Positions 1 to 10,625 of a stretch of 64,000 nucleotides of DNA are shown here, piece by piece. The position numbers and the translations under genes were made by a program. The DNA comes from Mayamaea pseudoterrestris (lineage: Eukaryota): assembly GCA_027923505.1 (NCBI GenBank), contig BROI01000001.1, forward strand, positions 310,001 to 374,000, given 5' to 3'. A model generated the notes under the pieces. That model ran no database searches. It was not told the origin of the DNA and worked only from the letters and a program-made list of their open reading frames with translations. The stretch's first letter is position 1; every line of letters starts with the position of its first letter.

Positions 1-498
1 TTGCGATACAAATTCCGTATTCTGAACGCGGAAGAAAGCAATCGTGAGAAAGATCCAGATGCTGTCGTCTCCCAACAATCTCTCTATGCACTTCTCTAAC
101 CTCTTGATAGTTCGACTATGTTATTGAGCTTGTCTTGTTTCTCTAACGCATTCATGCAACGCAGCTGCGATTCTCTCTGTCGGTCGTCGAAACAATCTTG
201 CGGTGAAGCTTCCCTTCTCTGGCCGCGTCGATGACAAGGCTGACGTCACGAGGAATGCCATCTGCCGCCTCGCAGTAGCGGCAGCTGATTTCTACTTAAC
301 GGAAGAACAATGGGGTCATTTTCCACGTGGCGATGATGCAAGATGTGATTCACTCGTGACTGCATTCACAGTCAATAATAGGCAATGCAGCGGTATTACC
401 GTAAGTACAGAGTGTAGCTAAGTGCACGCTAGCATGAAGTATTTTACACCAAGACTAATGTACGCAAAGGCATGCTAGTGATAACATATCAATTGTGA

Positions 499-2193
499 TT
501 AATGTGGCGTTTTGAGGGCACCCGTGGACACTGACCTTGTGGGCACCATTGGCTGATCCTGTACCCCAGTGTCTCCCGAAAGGTCAGGAACTTTACGATG
601 CGTCTCCTTGAGCTTGTTCTTTCTCTTGCGGTTCTTATTCTTCTTCTTTTTACCCCTGGCGGCAGGTGACTCCGATTGCTCAGCGTCGGCAGGATTGTCG
701 CCACTTTCCTCGCTGCTAGTGGACTTGTCGACGGCAGCAGGCTCGCCAGCTTCCTTTCCTTCCGCGGTGCCGCTCTCGGCGGCAGTGTCCATATTAGTCT
801 TAGTGTCAAAAGCGGTATCACCTTCTTTATAGGTATCGTCTTTTGTGATATCTGGCTTTTGAAGCTCCGGTTGGCCGGACTCCACACGCGCCGCTTCCTC
901 ATTCACTCCTTCAGTCTCGCTTGCGTCTTGCAACAGATCTGATTTGGAGGCGAAAATGCCCTTGTCCGGCTCCTTCAGCTCATCCTTGTCCACCCTGTCT
1001 TCAGCTAAATTGAAACTTGCGCTTTGGTTGTCATTTAATTTGGCAACTTGCTCGAGCTGCTTCTTCACTGTGTGTATGCCCGTATCCACCTTTTCAAGTA
1101 CATGATCCGTGAATGCCCCCTCTTCGGAAGCGCCTGCTTCATTGTTGTCCGAGGTAACGTCATCAGCATCGATTGTTTCACTTGCCTGATCGCTTGGCTT
1201 TACCTCAGAGTTTCGATGCTTCGGCGTATTTCCAATAGCAACACGGGCATCATTCGGTGTCATTGCTTCGACAACATCGTCGTCCACCTCGCCAGATCCA
1301 GCGGCAGGACGCTCAGTCTCCGGTTCCTGGCTACTTTTTGCTGTGTCGTCCTTTCTGACACTTGCCAAAGCTTTTCCAAAGGCCTCCTCGCCCATTTCCT
1401 TCGCCTTTTCGAACACATCCTGTACTGCTTGGAAGTCCGCGTCTGCCTTAGCCACTACAGTTTCAGCAAGTGACTCGCTCGTCTTTCGTTCGCCGGCCGT
1501 CTTGTCATCCGCTTTAACGTCAGGACCAATGTCTTTTCTTTCCGTATCTTTGCCCATTTCAGCAATTACTTGATCTTTTCTCTCCGCGTCTTCTTGTCCC
1601 GTTGAAGCAAGATCGTTAAATTTATCTTTTACCGCCTGGACACCCGTGTCTACCGTTTCTAAAACACGATCCGTAATCGAGTCGATCGTATCAATAGCGC
1701 GCTCCGTCGCTGATGGCTCTTGCTCCAAAGTCTGATGGAAAGCCTCACTCGGCGTAACATTGTCTTCGCCGGTGCTTCTGGTCGCTCCGCGTGATTCTGA
1801 TTGGGTGCCCTTGGACACATTCATCGGTTCATCAAGAGGCATACCGACATCTTCCTTAGCAGTTGATGGATCGGACGACTCAAAATGAAGCTGCTCAATC
1901 ATCCCGAGCAATGAGTTGCTCCCTCCAAACACATCAACCTGCGGTATTTTTCCTTGCGCATTGGCCTTGTCCTCATCAGGGTTCGATGCTACGACCTTGA
2001 GATCTATCGTAGCCACGCGATCCGGCGTCAAGTCTTCCCAATCATCCTTGTCATCATCCTCATACGAGTTTCCAAGGCTTCCAAGCACTCGCTCAACTGT
2101 ATTGCGCGTCTGCTCCGTCCACGACTTGCCTCCCGTCTCGCCGTGCTCTACGACAAGCGCTGAACTGCTGTTTGCTTCTTCAGCTTCGTTCAT
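499..2193 (-). CDS. Acidic low-complexity hypothetical protein (564 aa) with a duplicated amphipathic segment and a basic C-terminal patch
   Basis: Long ATG-initiated ORF, D/E/T/A-rich. Internal repeat TDRVLETVDTGVQAVK / TDHVLEKVDTGIHTVK; RGKKKKNKNRKRKNK near the C-terminus. Confidence 0.75.
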   Translation of the reverse strand: MNEAEEANSSSALVVEHGETGGKSWTEQTRNTVERVLGSLGNSYEDDDKDDWEDLTPDRVATIDLKVVASNPDEDKANAQGKIPQVDVFGGSNSLLGMIEQLHFESSDPSTAKEDVGMPLDEPMNVSKGTQSESRGATRSTGEDNVTPSEAFHQTLEQEPSATERAIDTIDSITDRVLETVDTGVQAVKDKFNDLASTGQEDAERKDQVIAEMGKDTERKDIGPDVKADDKTAGERKTSESLAETVVAKADADFQAVQDVFEKAKEMGEEAFGKALASVRKDDTAKSSQEPETERPAAGSGEVDDDVVEAMTPNDARVAIGNTPKHRNSEVKPSDQASETIDADDVTSDNNEAGASEEGAFTDHVLEKVDTGIHTVKKQLEQVAKLNDNQSASFNLAEDRVDKDELKEPDKGIFASKSDLLQDASETEGVNEEAARVESGQPELQKPDITKDDTYKEGDTAFDTKTNMDTAAESGTAEGKEAGEPAAVDKSTSSEESGDNPADAEQSESPAARGKKKKNKNRKRKNKLKETHRKVPDLSGDTGVQDQPMVPTRSVSTGALKTPH

Positions 2194-2478
2194 TCTTCAT
2201 TACTTTTTGTGGATCCCTCTTTCGAAGTATTCGTTGCTCGCATCAATATTACCGATATACATCGCGCATCATCTTGGAGAGTCTCGCGAACTTGGCGAGG
2301 TCGGCGCGTTGCGACGAATTCTCCGTAGAACTCTGTCGGAGTGGTTCTCCAAGCGACACTCAGTCACGCGAAGAAGATCCACGTCAAATTGAAGGCCTCA
2401 ATGGATCGCTTACGCCAGGTCGCAAACCTTCCGCATCCTCATTGAGAAGCATTCAGGCCGTCATTATTAGCTATCACC

Positions 2479-3571
2479 ATGTCGAAAGTTATCGTCTGCT
2501 TCCTTGGAACGGGTGCGCAGGCCTCCGGCCTCGTGCAAAAGTGCCTCGACGATCCGGAGTTCACCCCGCGCATTGTCACGCGCGATCCTGAATCCGCAAA
2601 AGCAAAAGAGCTCGCCGCGAAGGTACGTGCAAACAAGAGAAAGAGAAAGTATGCATTTAGAGACTGATAAGGATCTAGCGGTTCGTATTATTGGTAAAGA
2701 TGTTGTGCCCTCAAAGCTTCCGTTCACGTTATGCTTTCTCATGTACTCATCATGCTCATTGATCCATTATTCACAACCATAGGGCGCTCAAGTCGTCAAG
2801 GCTGACTTGATGGAGGATCCCATTCCGCCGGCGGTCTTCGCAACAAGCAAGGAAGGTGAACGGATCTATGGGGTCTTTGTTGTTACCGACTTCTGGAACA
2901 GCTGCGGCTTGTCGGGCGAGAAGGAAATTGCTCAAGGAAAGCGAATCGCTGAAAGCATTATTGAGAACGCTCCAAGTGACGTTCATATTATCTTTTCGAC
3001 GCTTCCTGACACTCGTCAAGCTCTGGGAGCAGTCGGATGCAAGCCTGTGGAAGGTGATTTTACCGTGCCTCATTTGGATTCCAAGGCTATCATTGACGGA
3101 TTCTTTCCGGCGGAACAGACGACGTTTTTGGAGACTGCCTTTTACTACCAGAACTTTGATAACTTTGGCATGTGCTCCAATGGCGTCGTGACCTTGCCCG
3201 TGAAGAAGGTACTGGCCATGATTGACGTTGCTGACATTGGAAAGGCGGCCTACAATATCTTCAAGGATCCTTCGCTCAAAGGCAAGCGCATAGCCATTGC
3301 TGGAGACCAGCTCACGGGCGAAGAAATTTGCACGATCATGTCGGATGCCACCGGCAAGGAGTTCAAGTTTAATCGTGTTGATTATGAGGCTTTCAAAGGC
3401 TTTGGATTCCCTGGCGCCGAAGAACTTGGCAACATGTTTTGGTTTTGGGATGTGAGTGGCAACTATGGCGATCCAACCAAAACGAGGGAGACGGTTTGTC
3501 CCGACGCAGCCACCTTTCGCGAGTTTTGCGAGCAGAACAAGGAGCGCGTTGCGAAAATGGCAGCTTCGTAA
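2479..3571 (+). CDS. NmrA-like NAD(P)-binding Rossmann-fold protein; exons 2479-2622 and 2783-3571
   Basis: N-terminal LGTGAQASG and VTRDPESAKAKELAAK; a GT..AG intron 2623-2782 joins in frame to GAQVVKADL; family-typical VPHLDSK, FYYQNF and MIDVADIG. Confidence 0.9.
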
Positions 3572-3653
3572 AAGTGATTCGAAAGGTCATTACATTAGAT
3601 GCATCTTATTGACATGAGGTGAGAAGTCAGTTGCGAGTCAATAACGGATCAAT

Positions 3654-4562
3654 TTACTTTTTCTTCTTTTTACTGGCGCTACTTTTGGTAGAGGTAGCTT
3701 TTACGTCACCTGCGTCTTTCATAAACTCTAGTCCATCGTCTCCGACGCCCAACTTTCGTTTCGGATAGTGGCTTCCCAATAGTCGCTTCTCGACGCTGTC
3801 TAGCTCTGACTTGTGATCCTGCAGCAATAGTTCCAAGTTTTCCGACTCTTGTTTCAGCTGTTTGATAATTGTTTCTGCGTCTTGCTTGGCAGTTGCTGGA
3901 TTGGGCATTTGCATTCCCATTTGTGTCAGCAAAAAGTCCTGCTCCTTGACCTCAAGTGGTGGATCTCCAATAACCAAGCGAAAGAAGGATCGCAACCCGT
4001 ACATGACAAGAAAGTACCAGCTAATTGAGCTCACATAGGATGACTCTAGATCGGGTAGTTCAGCAATGCCTCGTTGAAACATGGATTTGAAACCCAAAGT
4101 AAGCGGAAAGGGAACCTTGAGTAGAATGAATCCGGAAAAGAAGTGTTGAATGCCTTGCATCATGACCATGTTTTGCACCATAAAGACCATGTTTCCCTTC
4201 ATCATACCCATGGGATTCATCAAGGCAGCCAAGGGATCATCATCGTCATTGCCATCTGTCGCCAATTGTTGCTCACGCTCATGCTCGGCTTGCACCCAAG
4301 CAATTTCGTCCTGCAAAAGCTTGGCGTAATGCTGCTTGCGCGCATGAAATTTCCATGTACTCATGTAATGAGCCGCGCCACTCCGAAGCTTTGTTACTTG
4401 TCGAACCTTATTTTGCGTTCGCTGCGGAATCTTGCCAATTTTGGTTCGGTTGCCTTGGAGAAGGAGACTCACGTAATGTCGCAATAGTCCGGCGGCAATC
4501 ATGATTACAAAGAGCGGCAGAACGACCCAGTCGCGAATGGCAGGATCGAGTAACAGAGCCAT
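3654..4562 (-). CDS. EMC3: ER membrane protein complex subunit 3
   Basis: LLLDPAIRDWVVLPL start; FFSGFILLKVPFPLTLGFKSMFQRG and YVSSISWYFL motifs. Confidence 0.93.
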   Translation of the reverse strand: MALLLDPAIRDWVVLPLFVIMIAAGLLRHYVSLLLQGNRTKIGKIPQRTQNKVRQVTKLRSGAAHYMSTWKFHARKQHYAKLLQDEIAWVQAEHEREQQLATDGNDDDDPLAALMNPMGMMKGNMVFMVQNMVMMQGIQHFFSGFILLKVPFPLTLGFKSMFQRGIAELPDLESSYVSSISWYFLVMYGLRSFFRLVIGDPPLEVKEQDFLLTQMGMQMPNPATAKQDAETIIKQLKQESENLELLLQDHKSELDSVEKRLLGSHYPKRKLGVGDDGLEFMKDAGDVKATSTKSSASKKKKK

Positions 4563-4822
4563 GATGGTATGTTAATGCTCAGGGAAAGTTGGTCGTGTAT
4601 TTGGCCCAATGAAGGGTTTGCAGCGCGAGAATATGGAGAAACCCGACGCCTCATCGATGGTGTGGCCGAGTGTGGCCCATGGTGGAGCGATGAATGAAAA
4701 TGTGCTTTGTAACGCTGCGACGTCTGATGCGACATGAAGCGCTAGCTATTGATCGATCCGTCGCCGCGCCATTTCCTTGCCTTATCAACGAGCAAATACG
4801 CCATCCATATCCAGAGTTATCA

Positions 4823-6329
4823 CTATTCTTTACTATCCACTTCCACAAGGGGGTCGAGAGTCTCCGTCAGCAGCATCTTGGTGTCATGCCGCCGGCTCTG
4901 AACCTGAACAGCTTCGCGTCGTCTCCAAAAGATGTCCTCGTGGTCCATACCCACCACGTCCTCTATTCTTCGCTTGTCATGTTGCATCATGAGCTCAGCC
5001 AGCTCCTTTCGAATCTTGGAAACAACTCCTGGTCCTTGATATACCATCATGCTGTAAACTTCGACAAGGCTAGCACCAGCACGAAGTTTCTCAAACGCGT
5101 CACGTCCCGATCCAACACCGCCCACTCCAATGATTGGAATGCTTCCATCCGTCAATCGATATAATTGACGAATGCATTCAGTGCTTTTGGAGGAAATGGG
5201 CTTGCCCGACAGTCCGCCCGTTTCGTTGCGATGTTTGGACAGCAAGATTTCTGGTCGATTCACCGTCGTGTTACTAACCACCAAGCCATCAACTCCAAGC
5301 TCCCGACACGTCAATGCAACAACTTGGAGCTCTTCCTCGCTCAAATCGGGCGATAGTTTCACTAAAAGTGGTGGTCTATTTTCTAGTTCATCGCGCGCCT
5401 GCAAGCAGCGCGCCAGCAACACTTCCAATCCCTGGGTCTGCAGGTCGCGAAGGCCTGGCGTGTTTGGACTAGATATGTTGATCACCATAAAGTCTGCCAA
5501 TGGACCCAGCTGGTAAATGTTGTATTCGTAGTCCGCGGCAGCATCCTCGGTGGTCTTGTTCTTGCCAATGTTTACGCCAATGACGCCTTGCTGATGGCGA
5601 TGTGGAGGTAGCAACCAATGGTAAACTCTTGTGAGACCAGCTATGAACTTGTTTAACAGTTCCTCGTCTCTAGCTGCGTCTTTTGTGGTTGTCGTTGCGC
5701 TACGCCGAAACGCTTCCAGATACTCCTTGACTGCCAGTGTTCCTTGTGAATTAAATCCATATCTATTAATAATCCCAAAATCTTCAACAAGTCGGTACAT
5801 GCGCGGCTTTGCGTTGCCAGGTTGCGGTTGCGGCGTGACAGTTCCAATTTCGACAAAACCAAATCCCAAATCAAGCATTTCCTGAATGACTTTACCGTCC
5901 TTGTCAAAGCCTGCGGCAAGGCCGACTGGATTGCTAAATGTCAAGCCAAAGATAGTTTGCGAAGCAGTAATTTGCTGCTCGGCTGCTGATGGATGATAGA
6001 TTGGGGATAGTCCCTTCTTCGATAGGAGGATTGCTAGCTGGTGAGCGACTAAGGACGAGGTCAAAAGGTGTGATGTGTGATAAATGAGAGGAGGTTCTTC
6101 GGCGAAAATACTGCTGCATCCATCAATCATGCCGTTGCTCACCTTCCGGATCCAGCAGCCTCCTCATCAATGGCGTCACAAAATCATCAGAAAGTTTGTG
6201 ATAAAACTCGGATGATCGCCCTTGAGATGGTAGCCTTGTCGTGTATTCAAGGCCTCCGACAACAACCGTCGTGCCGACGACTGTCCGTATCGTCGCTCGT
6301 CGGAATCTTCTCGCAGCGTTTTGGAACAT
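4823..6329 (-). CDS. DHODH: Dihydroorotate dehydrogenase (quinone, class 2, mitochondrial); exons 6329-6143 and 6048-4823
   Basis: NPVGLAAGFDK, INRYGFNS, NISSPNTPGLR, LVKLSPD, GGLSG. Intron 6049-6142 restores LDPE-VAH. Arg-rich N-terminus followed by a hydrophobic stretch. Confidence 0.95.
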
Positions 6330-6873
6330 TACGGAAGCGCAAGTTAGCTCAGCAGAGATTTACTTGATGTCGTGGGATGTTCTTTTTTGTAACATTGATA
6401 CAGCAGGATGTGTGAAGAATTTGTTTGGTCATCCGTTTTTAAAACGAGTCGCGCGAAGATCTATCTGGACAAACGTGTCGCAGAGAGACCTATTCAACTA
6501 CCCGCGGCAACGCAAATGCAAACCTCTGTTCCCCAGCCTTTGCTTAACATTGTCGATTGACAGAATTTAATACAGAGAGCTGAAACGACTGCTCGCTGCG
6601 CATTGGTACAATGCTATTAGCGGTTCAGTAAATGTGTGGGCCGCAGTGACTGTGCGAGTGCAAGATTCTCGACAATAACAAGGAATCTGAAAAGCTTCGT
6701 TAGTCCAAGTGCTACTGGTTAGTCTAATTAAAAAGGCATGACACATTACTTGATTTGCAAGACGTGGATATTTAATTCGATACGCATCGTTCGCTCTTTC
6801 GCTTGCGGCATTGCCGTCTGCCATATTTTCGTATACTCTATCAATTTACATGGACGTGAACCAGCCAGGTAGC

Positions 6874-7212
6874 TCATGCGTTCGCATTTTGCTGCAACGC
6901 TTCAGTATTTGACGCTGGTATCGATGTTGAATCAGCCAAGGTTGCCGACTTGTTGTCATCCGTTTGATCTACAGCAATTGCATCACCAGTCGGCGCCGTT
7001 TCTGCTTCCTGCTGCGGCTTGTCGTCGCTGCCATTATCTTCGTTGTTATTTGCATTCTCTTGATGTGCCGCCAGTAGTGGATGCTCTGCCCGTGGAACGT
7101 AACCACTGACTGGCTTGCCCGCCTTTTGTGCCGCCTTCTTGTCGTGCTTGAGCATGACGTGGACACTGTCGTCCACCGTTTCGAGGCTATTCTTGGATAC
7201 TCCGCAGCCCAT
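6874..7212 (-). CDS. Small putatively myristoylated/palmitoylated protein (112 aa), paralog A
   Basis: MGCGVS N-terminus; shares DDSxHxMLxHD...GxP...YVPR..HPLL with the neighbouring ORF. Confidence 0.8.
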   Translation of the reverse strand: MGCGVSKNSLETVDDSVHVMLKHDKKAAQKAGKPVSGYVPRAEHPLLAAHQENANNNEDNGSDDKPQQEAETAPTGDAIAVDQTDDNKSATLADSTSIPASNTEALQQNANA

Positions 7213-7821
7213 GGTTAATTGTTATGTTCTTGTTAATTTGTAAATTGACGATGACGATGCTCTTTGCAAATTTATCTGGCGGAGTCGAATCGAGTTCTAA
7301 TCCTGAAAGGACGATATGAAAGTGCAATGTGAGAAGTGTCGATGCGCGAACACTGCAATTCGCGCTCTTGCGCGTCTACCGAGTTATTGTTTTCAACGTA
7401 CCACAAAGCTCTCTATTGGTGTGATATTCTGTATGCTTAACCGACTAAACGATGCACTGCACCTACTAGCGCTCCGCACTGCCTTTCCCATGGTGGCGAC
7501 GACCGCTCGATTTCGGTCGACGATGACGCATTGAGTAACGCTACGACCAAGATACCGCCGTCTGACTATTGCATAGGTACCGGCAACTACCGTCATAAAA
7601 ACCATGTCAATGGCTTTCTTATAGAATATGCATTACCGCAGTATTACCTTTTAAAATGTACTCGAAACAAGATCTCGGATGGTTGCGAAATGACTCATTT
7701 CAAGAGTGGAGGTGTGGACCGTGTGGAGTTGTGAGGTGTCGATCTTTCGTCAAGCACGCGATCCATTGGACGGAAAGGAATCGCTCCAGGAAAAATACTT
7801 GTATATATCTATAACTAAAAA

Positions 7822-8175
7822 CTATTTCCCATGTATTAAGCTAATGTGTAAACAGTTGTTGCCGCCGTGCAATACTTGTAAGTCTCGCTTGTCGACCGTA
7901 TTCGTATGATGTTTGGTGTGATACAAAATCTGCTCGGCTTCCATATCCGCTAGCATTTGATCGCTACTGTTACAACAAGCAGAGCCTTCCACTGTTGTGT
8001 TGTCTTCTTCCTCGCTGCAGCAGACTGGTTTGAGTAGCGGATGGGCTCGTCGTGGTACGTATGTAGCGAGAGGCTCGCCTCGTTGAGCCGCCATTCTTCG
8101 GTCATGCTCGAGCATGGCGTGGATAGAGTCGTCAATTTGACTAGCAGCAAGAAGAGTAGAGCTTTTGCAGCCCAT
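7822..8175 (-). CDS. Small putatively myristoylated/palmitoylated protein (117 aa), paralog B
   Basis: MGCKSS N-terminus; same conserved block as 6874-7212. Confidence 0.78.
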   Translation of the reverse strand: MGCKSSTLLAASQIDDSIHAMLEHDRRMAAQRGEPLATYVPRRAHPLLKPVCCSEEEDNTTVEGSACCNSSDQMLADMEAEQILYHTKHHTNTVDKRDLQVLHGGNNCLHISLIHGK

Positions 8176-8869
8176 TATAGTTTCAAATCGGGATGTGCTT
8201 GAAAACGATGGGAGGTGTCGTCAAGGATCAGCGGAGAGATCAATGTGTGATGCCTTGTTGACACGCAGTTTGGGTCGCGACTCCGACATCTTATTTGACA
8301 CGAACCATGCCCTTCATGTGTTCCGCAGAACCAGAACCTTGAAGTTGCTTGCACGACCCGATGCAAAAAGGTTTCGTGCGACTTCGAGCCTAAATAGTGC
8401 CTTTGAGATCCCACTTTTACTGTTGCCACTTTTGTTGTCTTACATGCTATATGCAATGACAGGCAACAGGGAGATTACTTATCCGTCATCTCCCATTGCA
8501 GTGCTACAATCGTGCGCGCACATTGTACATAATCTTGGATGTTAGTGACAGACTAATCGGTTGCAACTGCACATGCTCGGTTGGCGATCCGAAGTAGAAG
8601 TCAACCGCGAGAAGATATACTTAACTGCACCACATATAGTCAATATGCAAACTCAGCTGTTGCTGGAGTTCTTTTGATCGTGAAGGTTCAGAAGCGAAAG
8701 CAATTGCGAACATTTCTGAGTTGGGCACGAGTTTAGATGACCCTAGCTATTACAAGTAGTAGTCGTAGTTATAGCCAGCCTTTTTTCAAAATTGAAAGAC
8801 TAATATAATATAGCAGGGCATGTCCAACTTATTCCTTGGTGGGTCAAATGTACGTAGTCCATATTCGCT

Positions 8870-9847
8870 TCATAACCATGGAATGGGGTTATAAGGATCA
8901 CCTTCGATAGAGATTTCACCAACAACGTCCACGAGACGGTCAAAAATGTCGACGTCTTGAGTTGGCGCATATGCGTCTCTAGTGGTCATGTATGATGAAC
9001 CGAGTGCAGTGAGAGGTGCGTCTATGCAAGATGCCAATGACTCGGAAGGCGATGCCAATGGTACATCAGAGACCTGATGCATCAGCGGCATCATTACAGC
9101 AGATGCTTTAAGATCGCCCAAAAGATCCGAGTATTGGTCAATGAGAGGCAAAAACTCAGTGTCGAAGTTGATATCTTTGCGCTTCTGAAACGGGAAATCC
9201 AGTATTGCGTGTGGGCTTGGCATGCGACTCTTCCTGGCCAGCAAAGCTCGAGAGTTACCAGTCTCGTCAGCAACTTTGTCGCCCGGCACTGTCGAGATAT
9301 CCCATTCAAAGTTCCGCAATGAAAAACCATCGTAGTGATGTGAAACTTTGCCGAGGCTCGGGCAGCTGTGCACTGACGATGACCTCTCGTGGCACTGAAG
9401 ACGACCTTCCGCGAGACCGGTTCCAGATGTGGCCCGTAGGAGCAGGTGACTATCCTGCTCATGCAATCGGCGTAATCTTTTAGACGTGTTTGAGCTTTTG
9501 TACCGCTCATAAAGAGCGTCACGAAAAGCTTGGCTTGTCCGTTCTCTCGCTAAAAAGTCACCTATTTCGTACCATCTGCCACTTTTAGCGTCTCTCTTGA
9601 CAAATCCTCCATTGACAGAGTTTGACCGAACTTGAGCTATAATATTGCGGAGAATTATACTCTTGTCCAGTTTCGAAGTAGAAGATGAATACTCTGGCAA
9701 ATTGTTGAGCACGAGACGGCGAAAGAATTTATTACCTTGGTGCAAGAAAATGCGTTGCCCACGCCCGAGAATCACGTCGTAGTTGCCTGGGTAAAAGTTT
9801 TCTGGAAGCAAACGCATGGTGTTGGAAGGATCACACTTGGTCAGCAT
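8870..9847 (-). CDS. DUF6824-like domain protein (diatom-expanded family); exact start uncertain
   Basis: DVILGRG...HQGNKFFRRLV...KLDKS...GGFVK...WYEIGD..ARERTSQAFRD pattern followed by a low-complexity C-terminus. Confidence 0.8.
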   Translation of the reverse strand: MLTKCDPSNTMRLLPENFYPGNYDVILGRGQRIFLHQGNKFFRRLVLNNLPEYSSSTSKLDKSIILRNIIAQVRSNSVNGGFVKRDAKSGRWYEIGDFLARERTSQAFRDALYERYKSSNTSKRLRRLHEQDSHLLLRATSGTGLAEGRLQCHERSSSVHSCPSLGKVSHHYDGFSLRNFEWDISTVPGDKVADETGNSRALLARKSRMPSPHAILDFPFQKRKDINFDTEFLPLIDQYSDLLGDLKASAVMMPLMHQVSDVPLASPSESLASCIDAPLTALGSSYMTTRDAYAPTQDVDIFDRLVDVVGEISIEGDPYNPIPWL

Positions 9848-10625
9848 GCTGCATCGGTAAATAATGAAGACTAGCACTGGGAAGTTGTTTACGGTGGCTT
9901 CGAGCGATCACTTTCGAACAAGATTTGTGCGGTAAAATCAAAATAAATCCGTCTCTTTTGTGGCGTCTGACTCGTGCTTGTCTCTTGTATTGCCTCGCGA
10001 CAAAAGGGCATTCAGTGACCCAATTTGGTGTCTCTCGTTCGTTCACAATCAGTCCATATAAGCCTGCAAGTCACGCGACTATGGATCACATTCGGAAAAA
10101 CGTTTCCGGAACGTCATCACTGGCGGCCGAATGTTAGCGTGAACGACTGACAACATTGCCCTTGGCAGTTCGGTCAGAATTTGACCCTTGGGCCGAATTC
10201 AAGTCGGTGTACGCCAGATTCGGTCAGCCATCAGGACGATAATCGAAACAACGCAAGAGCGTCCGTTTGTGGCATCATTGTTGAGCTTGAGGACGAAGAA
10301 GCAGCAAGGAACATGCGAGACGTCTTTCCAGTAAGTTCAGCATCTACTTTAGCCAACCTAAAGTTATACTGGGTAATACTGCGATGAAACGACGCCTTTA
10401 AAAGCACCGGTATGATTAACTCATCGCCCAGTGATAGCATTTTTTCTCCTGTAGGTGAGTAACATATGGTCTTAGCAAATTACAATTGCTGCTTTGCATG
10501 AACGTGACACAATGAAGTTCATGACATGGTCGTAAAGCGATCTCGTCAAGGCCATCGCCATTTGCCACTCGCACATTTGCTCTGAGGTAAAGGCCACCGA
10601 CTATCTTGCCAAACATCAAAAATCC

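Noticed and set aside
1..421. Possible 3' end of a gene entering from the left edge
   Set aside because: Too little sequence and no recognisable motif.
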